A DNA stretch of 17,537 nucleotides from Pseudomonadota bacterium (GTDB lineage: Bacteria; Myxococcota; JACRCW01; JAFGSX01): assembly GCA_043821645.1 (NCBI GenBank), contig JBDRCO010000100.1:1-17537 (forward strand). Direction: 5' to 3'. Every line of letters starts with the position of its first letter. Position 1 is the stretch's first letter. Both the position numbers and the translations under genes were made by a program. The notes beneath the pieces are model-generated. The model was given only the letters and a program-made list of their open reading frames with translations. It was not told where the DNA came from and made no database searches. Shown here one piece after another: positions 1 through 9,192 of this stretch.

Positions 1-729
1 CACGCGGCCCGGGCTGCGGGCGACGTAGGCCATGAGCTGCGCCGGCATCTCCGCCGGGGGCAGCACGTAGTCGACCAGGCCGGTGGCCATGGCGCTGCGC
101 GGCATGCCGTCGTGTTCGGTGGACGCAGGATTCTGCGCCATCACCATGCCGCCCTCGCCCTTGATCGCGCGCACGCCCAGGGTGCCGTCGCTGCCGGTGC
201 CGGACAGCACGACGGCGATGGCCTGCTCGTGCTGGTCCTGCGCCAGCGAGCGAAAGAAGAAGTCGATGGGCAGGCGCTGGCCGTGCGGCGCGCCCGGCTC
301 GAACAGCTGCAGGGTGCCGTTGACAAAGGCCATGTCGCGGCCCGGCGGGATGATGTAGGCGCAGTTGGGCTGCACCCGCACGCCGTCCTCGACCTCGCGC
401 ACCTGCATGCGGGTGTGGCGCTGTATCAGGTCGGCCAGCAGGCTCTTGTGATCGGGCGCCAGGTGCTGCACCAGCACGAAGGCCATGCCGGGCTCGCGGT
501 CCACGGGCATGGCCGCGAAGAAGGCCTCGAAGGCGGCCAGGCCCCCGGCCGAGGCGCCGATGCCGACCACGGGAAAGCTCGCGCTGGGGCTGCTCGCGGC
601 AGCGGGTTCGGCGGGGTCCTTTTCGCTGGCGGCAGGCTCCACGGGGTCGGGCGCGCCGGCAGCAGGCCTGCGCGGGGTGCGTGCAGTCTTCGTGGGCTTC
701 GCGGTCCTGGCGGATTTTTTAGGGCTCAT
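1..729 (-). CDS. CheB-type methylesterase domain protein, likely N-terminus of a CheB/CheR(-PAS) fusion; 3' end runs off the window
   Basis: My translation from ATG at 729 (GAGG 4 nt upstream) stays open to base 1: MSPKKSARTAKPTK...FPVVGIGASAGGLAAFEAFF...AFVLVQHLAPDHKSLL...RLPIDFFFRSLA...VVLSGTGSDGTLG...DGMPRSAMATGLVDYVLPP. The Ser/His/Asp triad motifs are intact and there is no N-terminal receiver domain, a pattern typical of CheB-CheR fusions. Absent from the ORF track because it has no stop in the window. Confidence 0.9.
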   Translation of the reverse strand, partial: MSPKKSARTAKPTKTARTPRRPAAGAPDPVEPAASEKDPAEPAAASSPSASFPVVGIGASAGGLAAFEAFFAAMPVDREPGMAFVLVQHLAPDHKSLLADLIQRHTRMQVREVEDGVRVQPNCAYIIPPGRDMAFVNGTLQLFEPGAPHGQRLPIDFFFRSLAQDQHEQAIAVVLSGTGSDGTLGVRAIKGEGGMVMAQNPASTEHDGMPRSAMATGLVDYVLPPAEMPAQLMAYVARSPGRV

Positions 730-921
730 GCTGCCTCGTGAGTGGCAGGGTACGCCCCTTGGCAGTGGATCGGAAGCGCCGGCAGGGGCGAGAAGAGAAC
801 GGCGAGGGCCAGCAGAGCCTTGCAGCCAGGCCGGGAATAAGCGCGCTTGTTCCTGGGACGTCCCTGCGCTACCCATACGCCCTCACCTGCAAGGAAACGT
901 GATCCAAAGGGCCGAGGCGTC

Positions 922-2151
922 ATGCCGACCACCGTCACCCTGGTTCTGGTCGTGGTCTTCTCCGTGCTGGCCAGCGCGGCGCTGGCGCGCTACGCCGGGC
1001 ACCGCGTGGTGCTCTCCGGCGCCGAGTACCTGGTCGTCGGCATGCTGCTGGGGCCGCTGGGCCTGCAGCTCCTCGACGACAGGGTGATGGAGCTGCTGCA
1101 ACCCTTCGTCTCCGTCATCCTGGGCGTGGTGGGCTTCTCCCTGGGCCTGGCCCTGCGCCACCGCCTGCAGAGCGGCTCCGCCCTGGGCGCGGGCTTGCTC
1201 GGGACAGGCATGGTCGCCTTCCTGGTGGCCGGGGGCTGCGGCCAGCTGTTCCGGGTGGCGCCCCTGCAGGGCCTGATCCCGGGCGACGGCTTCTGGCTCG
1301 CCATCGTGCTCGGGGCCACGGCCGCCGCGGTCTCCATGCACTTCATCGAGTCCAGCGCCCTGGCCTACCGCGCGGCCGGCCCCACCACCGAGCTGCTGCG
1401 CTCCTTTGCCCTGGGCGGCAGCGTGTTCGCGGTGGTGGCCTCGGGCACGGCCATTGCCATCAGCCGCGCCGGCCAGGCCTCCAACACCTACGGCCTGACC
1501 CCCACCGAGTGGCTGGTGGCGCTGGCGGTGCTGGGCGTGGCCTGCGGCCTGCTCTTCGCCATGTTCATGGGCCGCGCCCGCGAAGAGGACGACAGGCTGT
1601 TTCTGGCCGCGGTGGGCATCATCGCCTTTGGCAGCGGCGTGGGCCTGGCCGCGGGCATGTCGCCGCTGCTGCTCAACGCGCTGTCGGGCCTGATCATCTC
1701 GCTGGTCTCCGGCGACGCCACGGACCTGCACCGCAAGCTCACCCGCCTCGAAAGGCCGGCCACGGTGACGCTGATGATCCTGGCCGGAGCGCTGTGGCAA
1801 CCCACGGTCGGCCTGCTGTGGTTGCTGCCGCCGCTGTACCTGGTGCTGCGCGTGGTGCTGCTGCAGGGGGCCACCTCGCTGGCCCTGCGCGCCTTCACGG
1901 AGCTGCCGCGCATCCCGCGCCTGGGCTCGGGCCTGATCGCCCAGGGCAGCGTGGCGGTGGCGGTGGCGGTCAACTACGCGCAGGTCTTTCCCGAGCAGTC
2001 CGCCGTGATGTTGAGCACGGTGCTGGGCGCCGTGGTCGCCGGCGATCTGATGAGCAGCGGCTACCAGCGCGCGCTGCTGGCCGACGTGGGCGAGCTGGAC
2101 CGCGCCGTGGGGGACCCCGCGGGCGAGCCGGGCCGCGAGGAGGTCGCGTGA
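922..2151 (+). CDS. Cation:proton antiporter (CPA/Na_H_Exchanger fold)-like membrane protein, ~409 aa
   Basis: ATG at 922 with GAGG upstream is preferred over the TTG at 847. About 12 hydrophobic segments, with YLVVGMLLGP, GFSLGL and LIAQGSVAVAVAVNY paralleling YILGGVALGP, AGLELD and YLPQAGVTLGL in the CPA domain at 4974. The stop overlaps the trkA start (GTGA). Confidence 0.75.
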   Translation: MPTTVTLVLVVVFSVLASAALARYAGHRVVLSGAEYLVVGMLLGPLGLQLLDDRVMELLQPFVSVILGVVGFSLGLALRHRLQSGSALGAGLLGTGMVAFLVAGGCGQLFRVAPLQGLIPGDGFWLAIVLGATAAAVSMHFIESSALAYRAAGPTTELLRSFALGGSVFAVVASGTAIAISRAGQASNTYGLTPTEWLVALAVLGVACGLLFAMFMGRAREEDDRLFLAAVGIIAFGSGVGLAAGMSPLLLNALSGLIISLVSGDATDLHRKLTRLERPATVTLMILAGALWQPTVGLLWLLPPLYLVLRVVLLQGATSLALRAFTELPRIPRLGSGLIAQGSVAVAVAVNYAQVFPEQSAVMLSTVLGAVVAGDLMSSGYQRALLADVGELDRAVGDPAGEPGREEVA

Positions 2152-3509
2152 GGGTGGTGGTCGCCGGAGCGGGCGAGACGGGCCTGGCCATCGCGGTCAA
2201 CTTCACCAGCGGTGGTCACGACGTGATCCTGCTCGATCACAGCGTCGAGGCGCTGCGCCTGGCCGAGGAGTCGCTCGACGTCATGACCCTGGAGGGCGAC
2301 GTCACCCACCGCGACGTGCTGCACCGGGTCGAGGCCGGCAGCGCCGATGCGTTCGTCGCGGTGACGGCGTCCGACACCGACAACATCGTCGGCGCGGGCC
2401 TGGCCAAGCAGTGGGGTGCCCGCGTCGCCATCGCGCGCGCGGACGACCCGCGCTTTTATCCCTCGAGCGTCGGTGTCGAGCGCGGCCTGCTGGGCATCGA
2501 TGCGGTGTTCTGCGCCACCCGCCTGGCCGCGGCCGAGCTGGTCGGCCAGCTCGTCGGCATCCACCTGCGCCAGATCGGCAGCTTCGCCAGCTACAGCCTG
2601 CGCGCGGCCCTGGTGACCGTGGGCCAGGCCGAGGGCCTGACCGGCAAGCCGCCGCTGACCATCGCGCGCGTTCCCGGCGTGCGCCTGTGCGGGGTGGTCC
2701 GCGACGGCTTCGTGCGGCCGCCGGTCGACATCCCGCGCCTGGAGGCCGAGGACCAGCTGCTGCTGGTCGGAGATGCCGAGGCCTTTCTGGACGCCTGGGT
2801 CACGCTGCTGCCCGAGGTGGCGCGGCAGCGCATCCTCGTCGTCGGCGGCGGCGACGTGGGCGCGCTGCTGGCCCAGAGCCTGGCGCGGCGCTTTCACCGG
2901 GTCGAGCTGATCGAGCGCGATCGCGTGCGCGCGCAGGAGCTGAGCGAGGACCTCCCCGGCGTCACGGTGGTGCACGGCGACGCGCGCCAGGCCGCCTTTC
3001 TCAAGGACCTGCAGATCGATGCCGTCGGCTACCTGCTGGCGGTCACCCCCGACGACGAGATCAACCTGCTGGTGTCGCTGCTGGCGCGGCGCCTGGGCGT
3101 GCCGCACGTGCTGGCCCTGCTCAAGCAACCCGGTCACGCCGAGCTGTTCCGCGAGCTGGGTGTGCAGGGTGCCGCCGGCGCCTTCGAGGTGCTGGCGCGG
3201 GCGGTGCAGGACGAGGCCGTGCTCGCCGGCGCGGTGCGCGAGGTGGACATCCCCGGCACCGCCTACATGCTGCTGGAGTGGCGCCTGCCCGCGGGGCTGG
3301 TGGTCGAGGGCGAGCCCCCTCGCCTGGGTCAGCTGCCCCTGACCGCCGGGGCCTCGGTGGTCGCCATCGCCCGCGGCGCCCTGACCCCGGCGCCGACCCC
3401 GGAGCAGACGCTCGAGGGTGGCGTGTCCCTGGTGCTGAGCCTGCCGCGCCAGGAGCGCGATGAGCTGACGCGCCGCCTGACCCGGCTGCCCAAGGAGTGG
3501 CGCACGTGA
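2148..3509 (+). CDS. trkA: Trk potassium uptake system NAD(H)/nucleotide-binding regulatory subunit, ~453 aa
   Basis: GTG at 2148 after GAGGAGG, in the frame of ORF 1509..3509. Two RCK_N Rossmann motifs (VVVAGAGETG, ILVVGGGDVG), plus AVTASDTDN and AVTPDDEINL, and two RCK_C-like segments. Directly upstream of trkH. Confidence 0.92.
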   Translation: MRVVVAGAGETGLAIAVNFTSGGHDVILLDHSVEALRLAEESLDVMTLEGDVTHRDVLHRVEAGSADAFVAVTASDTDNIVGAGLAKQWGARVAIARADDPRFYPSSVGVERGLLGIDAVFCATRLAAAELVGQLVGIHLRQIGSFASYSLRAALVTVGQAEGLTGKPPLTIARVPGVRLCGVVRDGFVRPPVDIPRLEAEDQLLLVGDAEAFLDAWVTLLPEVARQRILVVGGGDVGALLAQSLARRFHRVELIERDRVRAQELSEDLPGVTVVHGDARQAAFLKDLQIDAVGYLLAVTPDDEINLLVSLLARRLGVPHVLALLKQPGHAELFRELGVQGAAGAFEVLARAVQDEAVLAGAVREVDIPGTAYMLLEWRLPAGLVVEGEPPRLGQLPLTAGASVVAIARGALTPAPTPEQTLEGGVSLVLSLPRQERDELTRRLTRLPKEWRT

Positions 3510-4954
3510 ACCGCCGCCGCGTGCTGGCGCTGACCGGGCGGCTGTTGCTGGTCGAGGCCCTGTTCTTGCTGGCGCCCCTGGGCCTGGCCGTGGTCGACGG
3601 CGAGCAGCGGGTGTGGGCCGCGTACCTGGCCGCCGCGGCCATCACCACCGCCTGTGCCATGCTCTTCATCTTCGTGGGCCGCCATACCCGGAACGACGAC
3701 CTGCACCGCAAGGACGCCTTTGGCACCGTCGCCCTGACCTGGCTCTGCCTCGGGGTGTTCGGCGGCCTGCCCTTCGTGCTCGACGGCTCCATCCCCGATC
3801 CTGCCGGCGCGCTGTTCGAGGCCTTCTCGGGCTTCACCACCACCGGCGCCACCGTGGTCGCCGACGTGGGCGCGCTCAACCGCGCCACCAACCTGTGGCG
3901 CTGCCTCATGCACTGGCTCGGCGGCATGGGTGTGGTGGTGCTGTTCGTCGCGGTGTTCCCGCAGGTCGGCATCGGCGCCAAGCAGCTGTTCCGCACCGAG
4001 GTGCCGGGCCCGTCGAGCGAGGGCCTCAAGCCGCGCATCAAGCAGACCGCGCTCACCCTGTGGTGGCTGTACGCCGCCCTCACCGCGCTGTGCGTGCTGG
4101 CCTTGTGGGCGCTGGACATGCCGCTGTACGACGCCGTGGTGCACGCCTTCTCGACCCTGGGCACCGGCGGCTTTTCGAACCGCAGCGCCAGCATCGGCCA
4201 CTACCAGTCCGCCGGCGTCGACTGGGTCACCTCGCTGTTCATGCTGCTCGCCGGGCTCAACTTCGGGCTGTACTACGGCGCGGTGCGCGGGCGCTGGCGC
4301 GAGCTGCTGTCCAACAGCGAGCTGCGTTTTTACCTGCTGGCCAACGCGGTGCTGGTGGCGGTGGTCAGCGCGACCATCTGGACGCGCCACGACGGGCTGC
4401 TCGACACCCTGCGCTATTCCGTGTTCCAGGTGCTGGCGGTGACCACCACCACCGGCTTCATGACCGAGGACTTCGACACCTACTCCGATCTCGCGCGGCT
4501 GATGCTGTTCTTCGCCATGTTCATGGGCGGCTGCGCCGGCTCCACCGCCGGTGGGCTCAAGGCCATCCGGGTGCTGCTGCTGCTCAGGCTGGCCGGGCGC
4601 GAGATCCTGAGCGCCGTGCAGCCCCAGGCCGTGCGCGCGCTGCGCCTGGGCGATCACGTGGTGCCCGAGGCCGTGCTGTCGGGGGTGCTGGTGTTCACCA
4701 GCACCTACCTGCTGCTGTTCAGCGCTGGAGCCGTGACCATGGTAGCCCTGGGCCAGGACCTGGTCACCGGCGCCAGCGCCACCATCGCCTGCCTGTCCAG
4801 CATCGGGCCTGGCCTGGCCGGGGTGGGGCCGGCGCAGAACTTCGGCGACATCCCGGCGGTGGGCAAGCTGGTGCTGAGCTTCTGCATGCTGGCTGGCAGG
4901 CTCGAGCTGTTCGCCCTGTTCGCGGTGTTCTCGCCGGCCTGCTGGCGACGTTAA
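3506..4954 (+). CDS. trkH: Trk potassium uptake membrane subunit, ~482 aa
   Basis: GTG at 3506 lies 8 nt after AAGGAG and overlaps the trkA stop (GTG at 3497 is an alternative start). Four pore-loop motifs SGFTTTGAT, STLGTGGFS, VTTTTGF and CLSSIGPG, plus WLGGMG, the intramembrane loop GGCAGSTAGGLK and the conserved GRLE. Confidence 0.95.
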   Translation: MNRRRVLALTGRLLLVEALFLLAPLGLAVVDGEQRVWAAYLAAAAITTACAMLFIFVGRHTRNDDLHRKDAFGTVALTWLCLGVFGGLPFVLDGSIPDPAGALFEAFSGFTTTGATVVADVGALNRATNLWRCLMHWLGGMGVVVLFVAVFPQVGIGAKQLFRTEVPGPSSEGLKPRIKQTALTLWWLYAALTALCVLALWALDMPLYDAVVHAFSTLGTGGFSNRSASIGHYQSAGVDWVTSLFMLLAGLNFGLYYGAVRGRWRELLSNSELRFYLLANAVLVAVVSATIWTRHDGLLDTLRYSVFQVLAVTTTTGFMTEDFDTYSDLARLMLFFAMFMGGCAGSTAGGLKAIRVLLLLRLAGREILSAVQPQAVRALRLGDHVVPEAVLSGVLVFTSTYLLLFSAGAVTMVALGQDLVTGASATIACLSSIGPGLAGVGPAQNFGDIPAVGKLVLSFCMLAGRLELFALFAVFSPACWRR

Positions 4955-4973
4955 AAAGGAGGGATCCCAAGCG

Positions 4974-7900
4974 ATGCGGCGCGTGCTGGTACTCATGGGT
5001 TTGCTCGGCCTGATGCTGAGCCTGCACGCCCTGCGCGTCGAGGGCAGCGACAGCGCTGTCGATCCTTTGACCCTGGCGGCCATCGGCTTCGTGGTGCTGG
5101 CCGCCTTCACCGTGGGCGAGCTGGCCACCCTGATCCGGCTGCCCCGGATCACCGGCTACATCCTGGGCGGCGTGGCCCTGGGGCCGCAGATCTCCGACGT
5201 GCTGTCGGTACGGGTGGTGGGCGAGATGAGCGTGTTCAACACGCTGGCGCTGGGCCTCATCGCCACCACCGCGGGCCTCGAGCTCGACCTCAAGGCGGTG
5301 CGCCGGGTGTGGCGTACCCTCGCCGCCACCCTGACCTTGAAGATCCCGCTGCTGCTGCTGTTCGTGGGCGGCACCTTCTTCGCCCTCGAGCACAACCTGC
5401 CCAGCCTCGGCATCGGCGATCCGCGCAGCTTGCTCGCGCTTGGCCTGATCCTCGCGACCCTGGGCATCGGCACCTCGCCGGCCATCGCCCTGGCGGTGAT
5501 CAACGAATCCGGTGCCCGGGGCCGTCTGTCCGACCTGACCCTGGCCATCGCCGTGGTCAAGGACCTGGTCGTCGTCCTGGCCCTGGCCGTGGCCCTGACC
5601 GCGGTGCGCGTGCTGATCACGCCCGAGGCCAGCTTCGGTTCCGAGGCGCTGCTCAAGGTGGCCGAAGAGGTGGGCGGCTCCTTGCTCATCGGCGGCGCCC
5701 TGGGCGGCTTGCTCATCCTGTACCTGCGCTTCGTCCACCGCTCGATGCTGCTCGCCGTCGTGGTGGCGGTGCTGCTCACCGCCGAGCTGACCGCGGCCCT
5801 GCACCTGGAGCTGCTGCTGGTGTTCATCACCGCGGGCTTCGTGGTGCGCAACTTCTCGAAGCACGAGCACGATCTGCTGCGGCCCCTGCGCCAGGTGTCG
5901 CTGCCCGTGTTCGTGGTCTTCTTCACCACCGCCGGCGCCGGGGTCGACCTGCTGGGGACCCTGCGCATCCTGCCCCTCGCCGTGGCCCTGACCCTGGGCC
6001 GCATGCTCGCCTTTGCTGTGGCCGGCCGCCTGGGTGCGCGGCTTGGCGGCGAGAAGCCCGTCGTGGGACACAACGCGTGGCTGGCCTACTTGCCCCAGGC
6101 GGGTGTCACCCTGGGCCTGGTGTTTTTGGCCGCCGCGGCCTTGCCCGACCTGGCCGATCCCATCCGCCAGACCGGCATGGCGCTGGTGGCGATCAACCTG
6201 CTGCTGGGCCCCATCGCCCTGGGCGTGGCGCTCAGGCGTGCGGGCGAGGTTCCCGGCAGCGAGCCCGCGACCGAGACCGCCGAGCCGGCCACGGCACCTC
6301 CTGCTGCCACCGAGCGCCTCGTCGACGCGGCCTCGACGCCGGCTGGGGACGCGTCCGCGCCGGCACCTCGCCCGCCCGCCCTCGAGAGGGAGCCGGTGCT
6401 GGCCCAGACCTGCGACGACCTCGCCGCCCGCCTCGACGCCATCTGCGGGCAGCTGGCCGACGAGGTGGTGGAGCCCTTGCTGCAGCAGGGGCTGCGGGTC
6501 ACCACCCGCCTGTTTGCCGACCTGGAGCGCAAGCACGGCGTGGCAGGAGCCCTGCAGTCGGCGCTGGCCTCGGCGCACCCGGACCTCGCCGAGGGACTGG
6601 AAGCCGAGCTGCGCCGTCGCTTTGTCGACGCCCGCGCCCTTCTCGACGCACTGCCGCGCGAGCTGGCGGTGCCGATGCGAGAAGAGCTCCTCGTCATCCA
6701 GGCGCGAGACAGCCTGACCACCCGCTGGCACAAGCGCCTGGGGCGGCTGGGTCGACGTCTGCGCAGGCGGCCGCAGATCCGTCAGGTCCCGCTGCGCATC
6801 GCCGCCTTCGTGGCCTACGAGCGGCGCCTGGCCGAGGTACTGGAGGCCCAGCGGGACGCCTGGTTCAGGACCCACCTGGCCATGCTGGCGCAGGTCCAGA
6901 TGCTGCTTCATGGCGGCCAGGACGCCGACAGCTGCCGTGCCGAGATCGGCCGCATCACCCAGCGGCACCTCGAGGTGTCGCGCAGCGATCTGGGCGGCGT
7001 GGTGCGCCGCGGCCACGACCAGCTCAGCCGGCGCCTCGAACGCCTCGCCGCGCCCGGGGATCCCGCCTCGTCGCTGCGCCTGTCGGAGACCGCGACCGAG
7101 ACCGCGGCGGCGCTGCGCCGGCTCGACGGGCGCGCGGCCGCCTGGCGCAGGCTGATCGACGACGCCGCCGCCAGGCTGCGCGCGTCGGCCGAGCTGGCCG
7201 TGGTCTCCACGACCATGCGCGAGCTCCTCGACGCCAGGGCGGGGCGCCCCCTGGGCGTGGTCGAGGACGACATCCTGCCGCTCGCCGAGGCGCTGCTGAC
7301 GCGACTCGACGCGCTGGTCAGCAGCATCGATCAGGCGACAGACCCGGCGGCGCGACGCGAGGTCAGCGAGCGCGTGCAGGCCCTGTTCACCCGCCACGAT
7401 CGAAATCGCCTGCGCGGGTTCAAGGCCAAGTACCGCCACGCCGCGCAGGTCGGCGAGCTGCGGCAAGAGCTGGCCCAGGCCCTGGAGAATGTCCCCGAGC
7501 GGCTGGAGATCCTGCGCGAGGACCTCGCCAGCCTCAGCGTCGTCGATCCCGGCGCCCTGACGCCGGACGAGGTGAAGCTGGCCCGCGCCTGCGAGGTCAT
7601 CCTGCTCGAGGGGCTGACCCCGCGCATCGCCGAGGTGCTGTCGACGATCTCGGAGCTGGTGGTGCTGGGCGAAGAAAGGCTCGAGGATGCGGCCGACTCG
7701 GTGGCCTACGGCCTGGACAACAAGGCAGAGGACGCCTCGGCCGAGGACTGGCCGGAGACCGCGCGCGAGGTCCTGAGCCGCGCCCGCGAGCGCATCGCCA
7801 GCCACCGCGACGAGCTGCAGGCCGCGCACGAGGCCGCGCGCGAGGGCTTGCTGCAGGTCGCCAACCGCGCCGAGGAGAGCCTGCGCGCCATCACCGACGA

Positions 7901-9191
7901 CCGCAGCGCCGGCGACAGGGTGCGCGCCTCCGCCCGCCAGACCACGCGCCTGGTGAGCCGCTGGTTGGAGGTGGGGCGCAAGGCCGCGCGACGGTCCTAT
8001 CGCCGCGCCACCGGCGTGGCCCTGCGCGCCACCCGCCGCCGCGGCGTGCGCGACTGGCTGATCCGCTCCGGCCAGACCCGCCTCGACGCCCTGGACATGG
8101 CCGGCTACCTGCGCCGCTTCTTCGCCGCCCCGGAGAGCTTTGACCTGCCGCGCCTGTACCTGCGCGCCTTCGAGCTGTCGCCGGTCGAGGACCCGCGGCT
8201 GATGGTGGCCTATCGCCAGGAAGCCGAGGATCTGGTGCGGGCACTGCTGCCCAGCGGGTCGGCGACGGCGAGCAACGCCCTGGTGGTCGGGGCCCACGGC
8301 AGCGGCCGCAGCTCGCTGCTCAACCTGGCCGAGCTGCGCCTGGCCCGCCAGCGCGCGGTGCGGCTGGACGCCCGCTACCACCGCCGCCGCGATGGCGTGG
8401 TGGGCGCCCTGGCGGCCGAGCTGGGGGTGGCCGCTTCGCTGCGCTCCATCGTGCAGCTGCTGCAGCGTCGCGATCACGTGATCCTCATCGACGACCTGGA
8501 GCACTACGTGCTGCCCACGCCCGAGGGCGTGGCCGAGCTGGAGCGCTTTGTCGAGCTGGTCGTCGCCACCAGTGAACGCACCCGCTGGGTGGTCTCCATC
8601 GAGGCCCAGACCCTGGCCCTGCTGCAGCCCCTGCTGCCCCTGGGTGCGGCCTTCGGGCGCCGCGTCCTGCTGCGCGCCCTGAGCTGGCACGAGATCCGCG
8701 AGCTGGTCGAGACCCGGCTGCGCCTGACCGGCTTCGAGCTGCGCTTCGAAAGCCGGCAGGTGCTGGGGCGAACCCTGACCCGCTGGCTGCAGCCCGGGCG
8801 CGACGACTACTACAAGGCCCTGTCCCGGGCGGCCGGCGGCAACCTGCGCGCGGCCATCCTCGGCCACCTGCGGCACCTGCAGCCCGTGTCCGAAAAGGCC
8901 CTGTCGACGCGCATGCCGGCGGTCACCCGCATCCCCTTCGTCGACCAGATCCCCCCCGAGGCCCAGGTGGTGCTGTCGCTGCTGCTGCGCTTCGGTCCGC
9001 TGCGGCGAGACGAGCTGGGCGCGGCGCTGTGTCGCCGGGCCGACGAGGTGGACGCGGCCCTGCTGCCGCTGCGCGACGCCGGGCTGGTGAGCAGCGACGG
9101 CGCCGACGAGGCCGTGCTGGTGCCCGGCCACCTCGAGAACGCGGTGGCGCATGCGCTGATGGTCCACGGCTCCTCGCAGGAGGTTCTCTGA
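4974..9191 (+). CDS. Cation:proton antiporter domain fused to a long helical region and a C-terminal P-loop NTPase/winged-helix module, 1405 aa
   Basis: AGGAGG at 4957-4962. aa 1-~425 are polytopic membrane with LPRITGYILGGVALGP, GTSPA, AVVKD, VFVVFFTTAGA and LPQAGV. A P/A/T/E-rich linker follows, then ~600 aa of L/E/R/A-rich helical sequence. Walker A-like LVVGAHGSGRSS (G at 8289), Walker B-like VILIDDLE (DD at 8490-8495), AGGNLR, and a terminal wHTH-like LLRFGPLRRDELGAAL...LRDAGLV. Confidence 0.85.
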   Translation: MRRVLVLMGLLGLMLSLHALRVEGSDSAVDPLTLAAIGFVVLAAFTVGELATLIRLPRITGYILGGVALGPQISDVLSVRVVGEMSVFNTLALGLIATTAGLELDLKAVRRVWRTLAATLTLKIPLLLLFVGGTFFALEHNLPSLGIGDPRSLLALGLILATLGIGTSPAIALAVINESGARGRLSDLTLAIAVVKDLVVVLALAVALTAVRVLITPEASFGSEALLKVAEEVGGSLLIGGALGGLLILYLRFVHRSMLLAVVVAVLLTAELTAALHLELLLVFITAGFVVRNFSKHEHDLLRPLRQVSLPVFVVFFTTAGAGVDLLGTLRILPLAVALTLGRMLAFAVAGRLGARLGGEKPVVGHNAWLAYLPQAGVTLGLVFLAAAALPDLADPIRQTGMALVAINLLLGPIALGVALRRAGEVPGSEPATETAEPATAPPAATERLVDAASTPAGDASAPAPRPPALEREPVLAQTCDDLAARLDAICGQLADEVVEPLLQQGLRVTTRLFADLERKHGVAGALQSALASAHPDLAEGLEAELRRRFVDARALLDALPRELAVPMREELLVIQARDSLTTRWHKRLGRLGRRLRRRPQIRQVPLRIAAFVAYERRLAEVLEAQRDAWFRTHLAMLAQVQMLLHGGQDADSCRAEIGRITQRHLEVSRSDLGGVVRRGHDQLSRRLERLAAPGDPASSLRLSETATETAAALRRLDGRAAAWRRLIDDAAARLRASAELAVVSTTMRELLDARAGRPLGVVEDDILPLAEALLTRLDALVSSIDQATDPAARREVSERVQALFTRHDRNRLRGFKAKYRHAAQVGELRQELAQALENVPERLEILREDLASLSVVDPGALTPDEVKLARACEVILLEGLTPRIAEVLSTISELVVLGEERLEDAADSVAYGLDNKAEDASAEDWPETAREVLSRARERIASHRDELQAAHEAAREGLLQVANRAEESLRAITDDRSAGDRVRASARQTTRLVSRWLEVGRKAARRSYRRATGVALRATRRRGVRDWLIRSGQTRLDALDMAGYLRRFFAAPESFDLPRLYLRAFELSPVEDPRLMVAYRQEAEDLVRALLPSGSATASNALVVGAHGSGRSSLLNLAELRLARQRAVRLDARYHRRRDGVVGALAAELGVAASLRSIVQLLQRRDHVILIDDLEHYVLPTPEGVAELERFVELVVATSERTRWVVSIEAQTLALLQPLLPLGAAFGRRVLLRALSWHEIRELVETRLRLTGFELRFESRQVLGRTLTRWLQPGRDDYYKALSRAAGGNLRAAILGHLRHLQPVSEKALSTRMPAVTRIPFVDQIPPEAQVVLSLLLRFGPLRRDELGAALCRRADEVDAALLPLRDAGLVSSDGADEAVLVPGHLENAVAHALMVHGSSQEVL

Positions 9192-9192
9192 C

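Noticed and set aside
708-724. Minus-strand CCCTAAAAAATCCGCCA resembling the 19-bp repeat
   Set aside because: Only a partial match, it lies within the PKKSA codons of the cheB-like gene, and it has no hairpin; likely chance.
83-1087. Plus-strand ORFs 83..358, 112..741 and 485..1087
   Set aside because: Antisense to the clear CheB-domain gene.
1509-2147. N-terminal 213 aa of the 666-aa ORF as part of TrkA
   Set aside because: It overlaps the CPA-like gene in another frame; the real start is GTG 2148, with an RBS and the first Rossmann motif.
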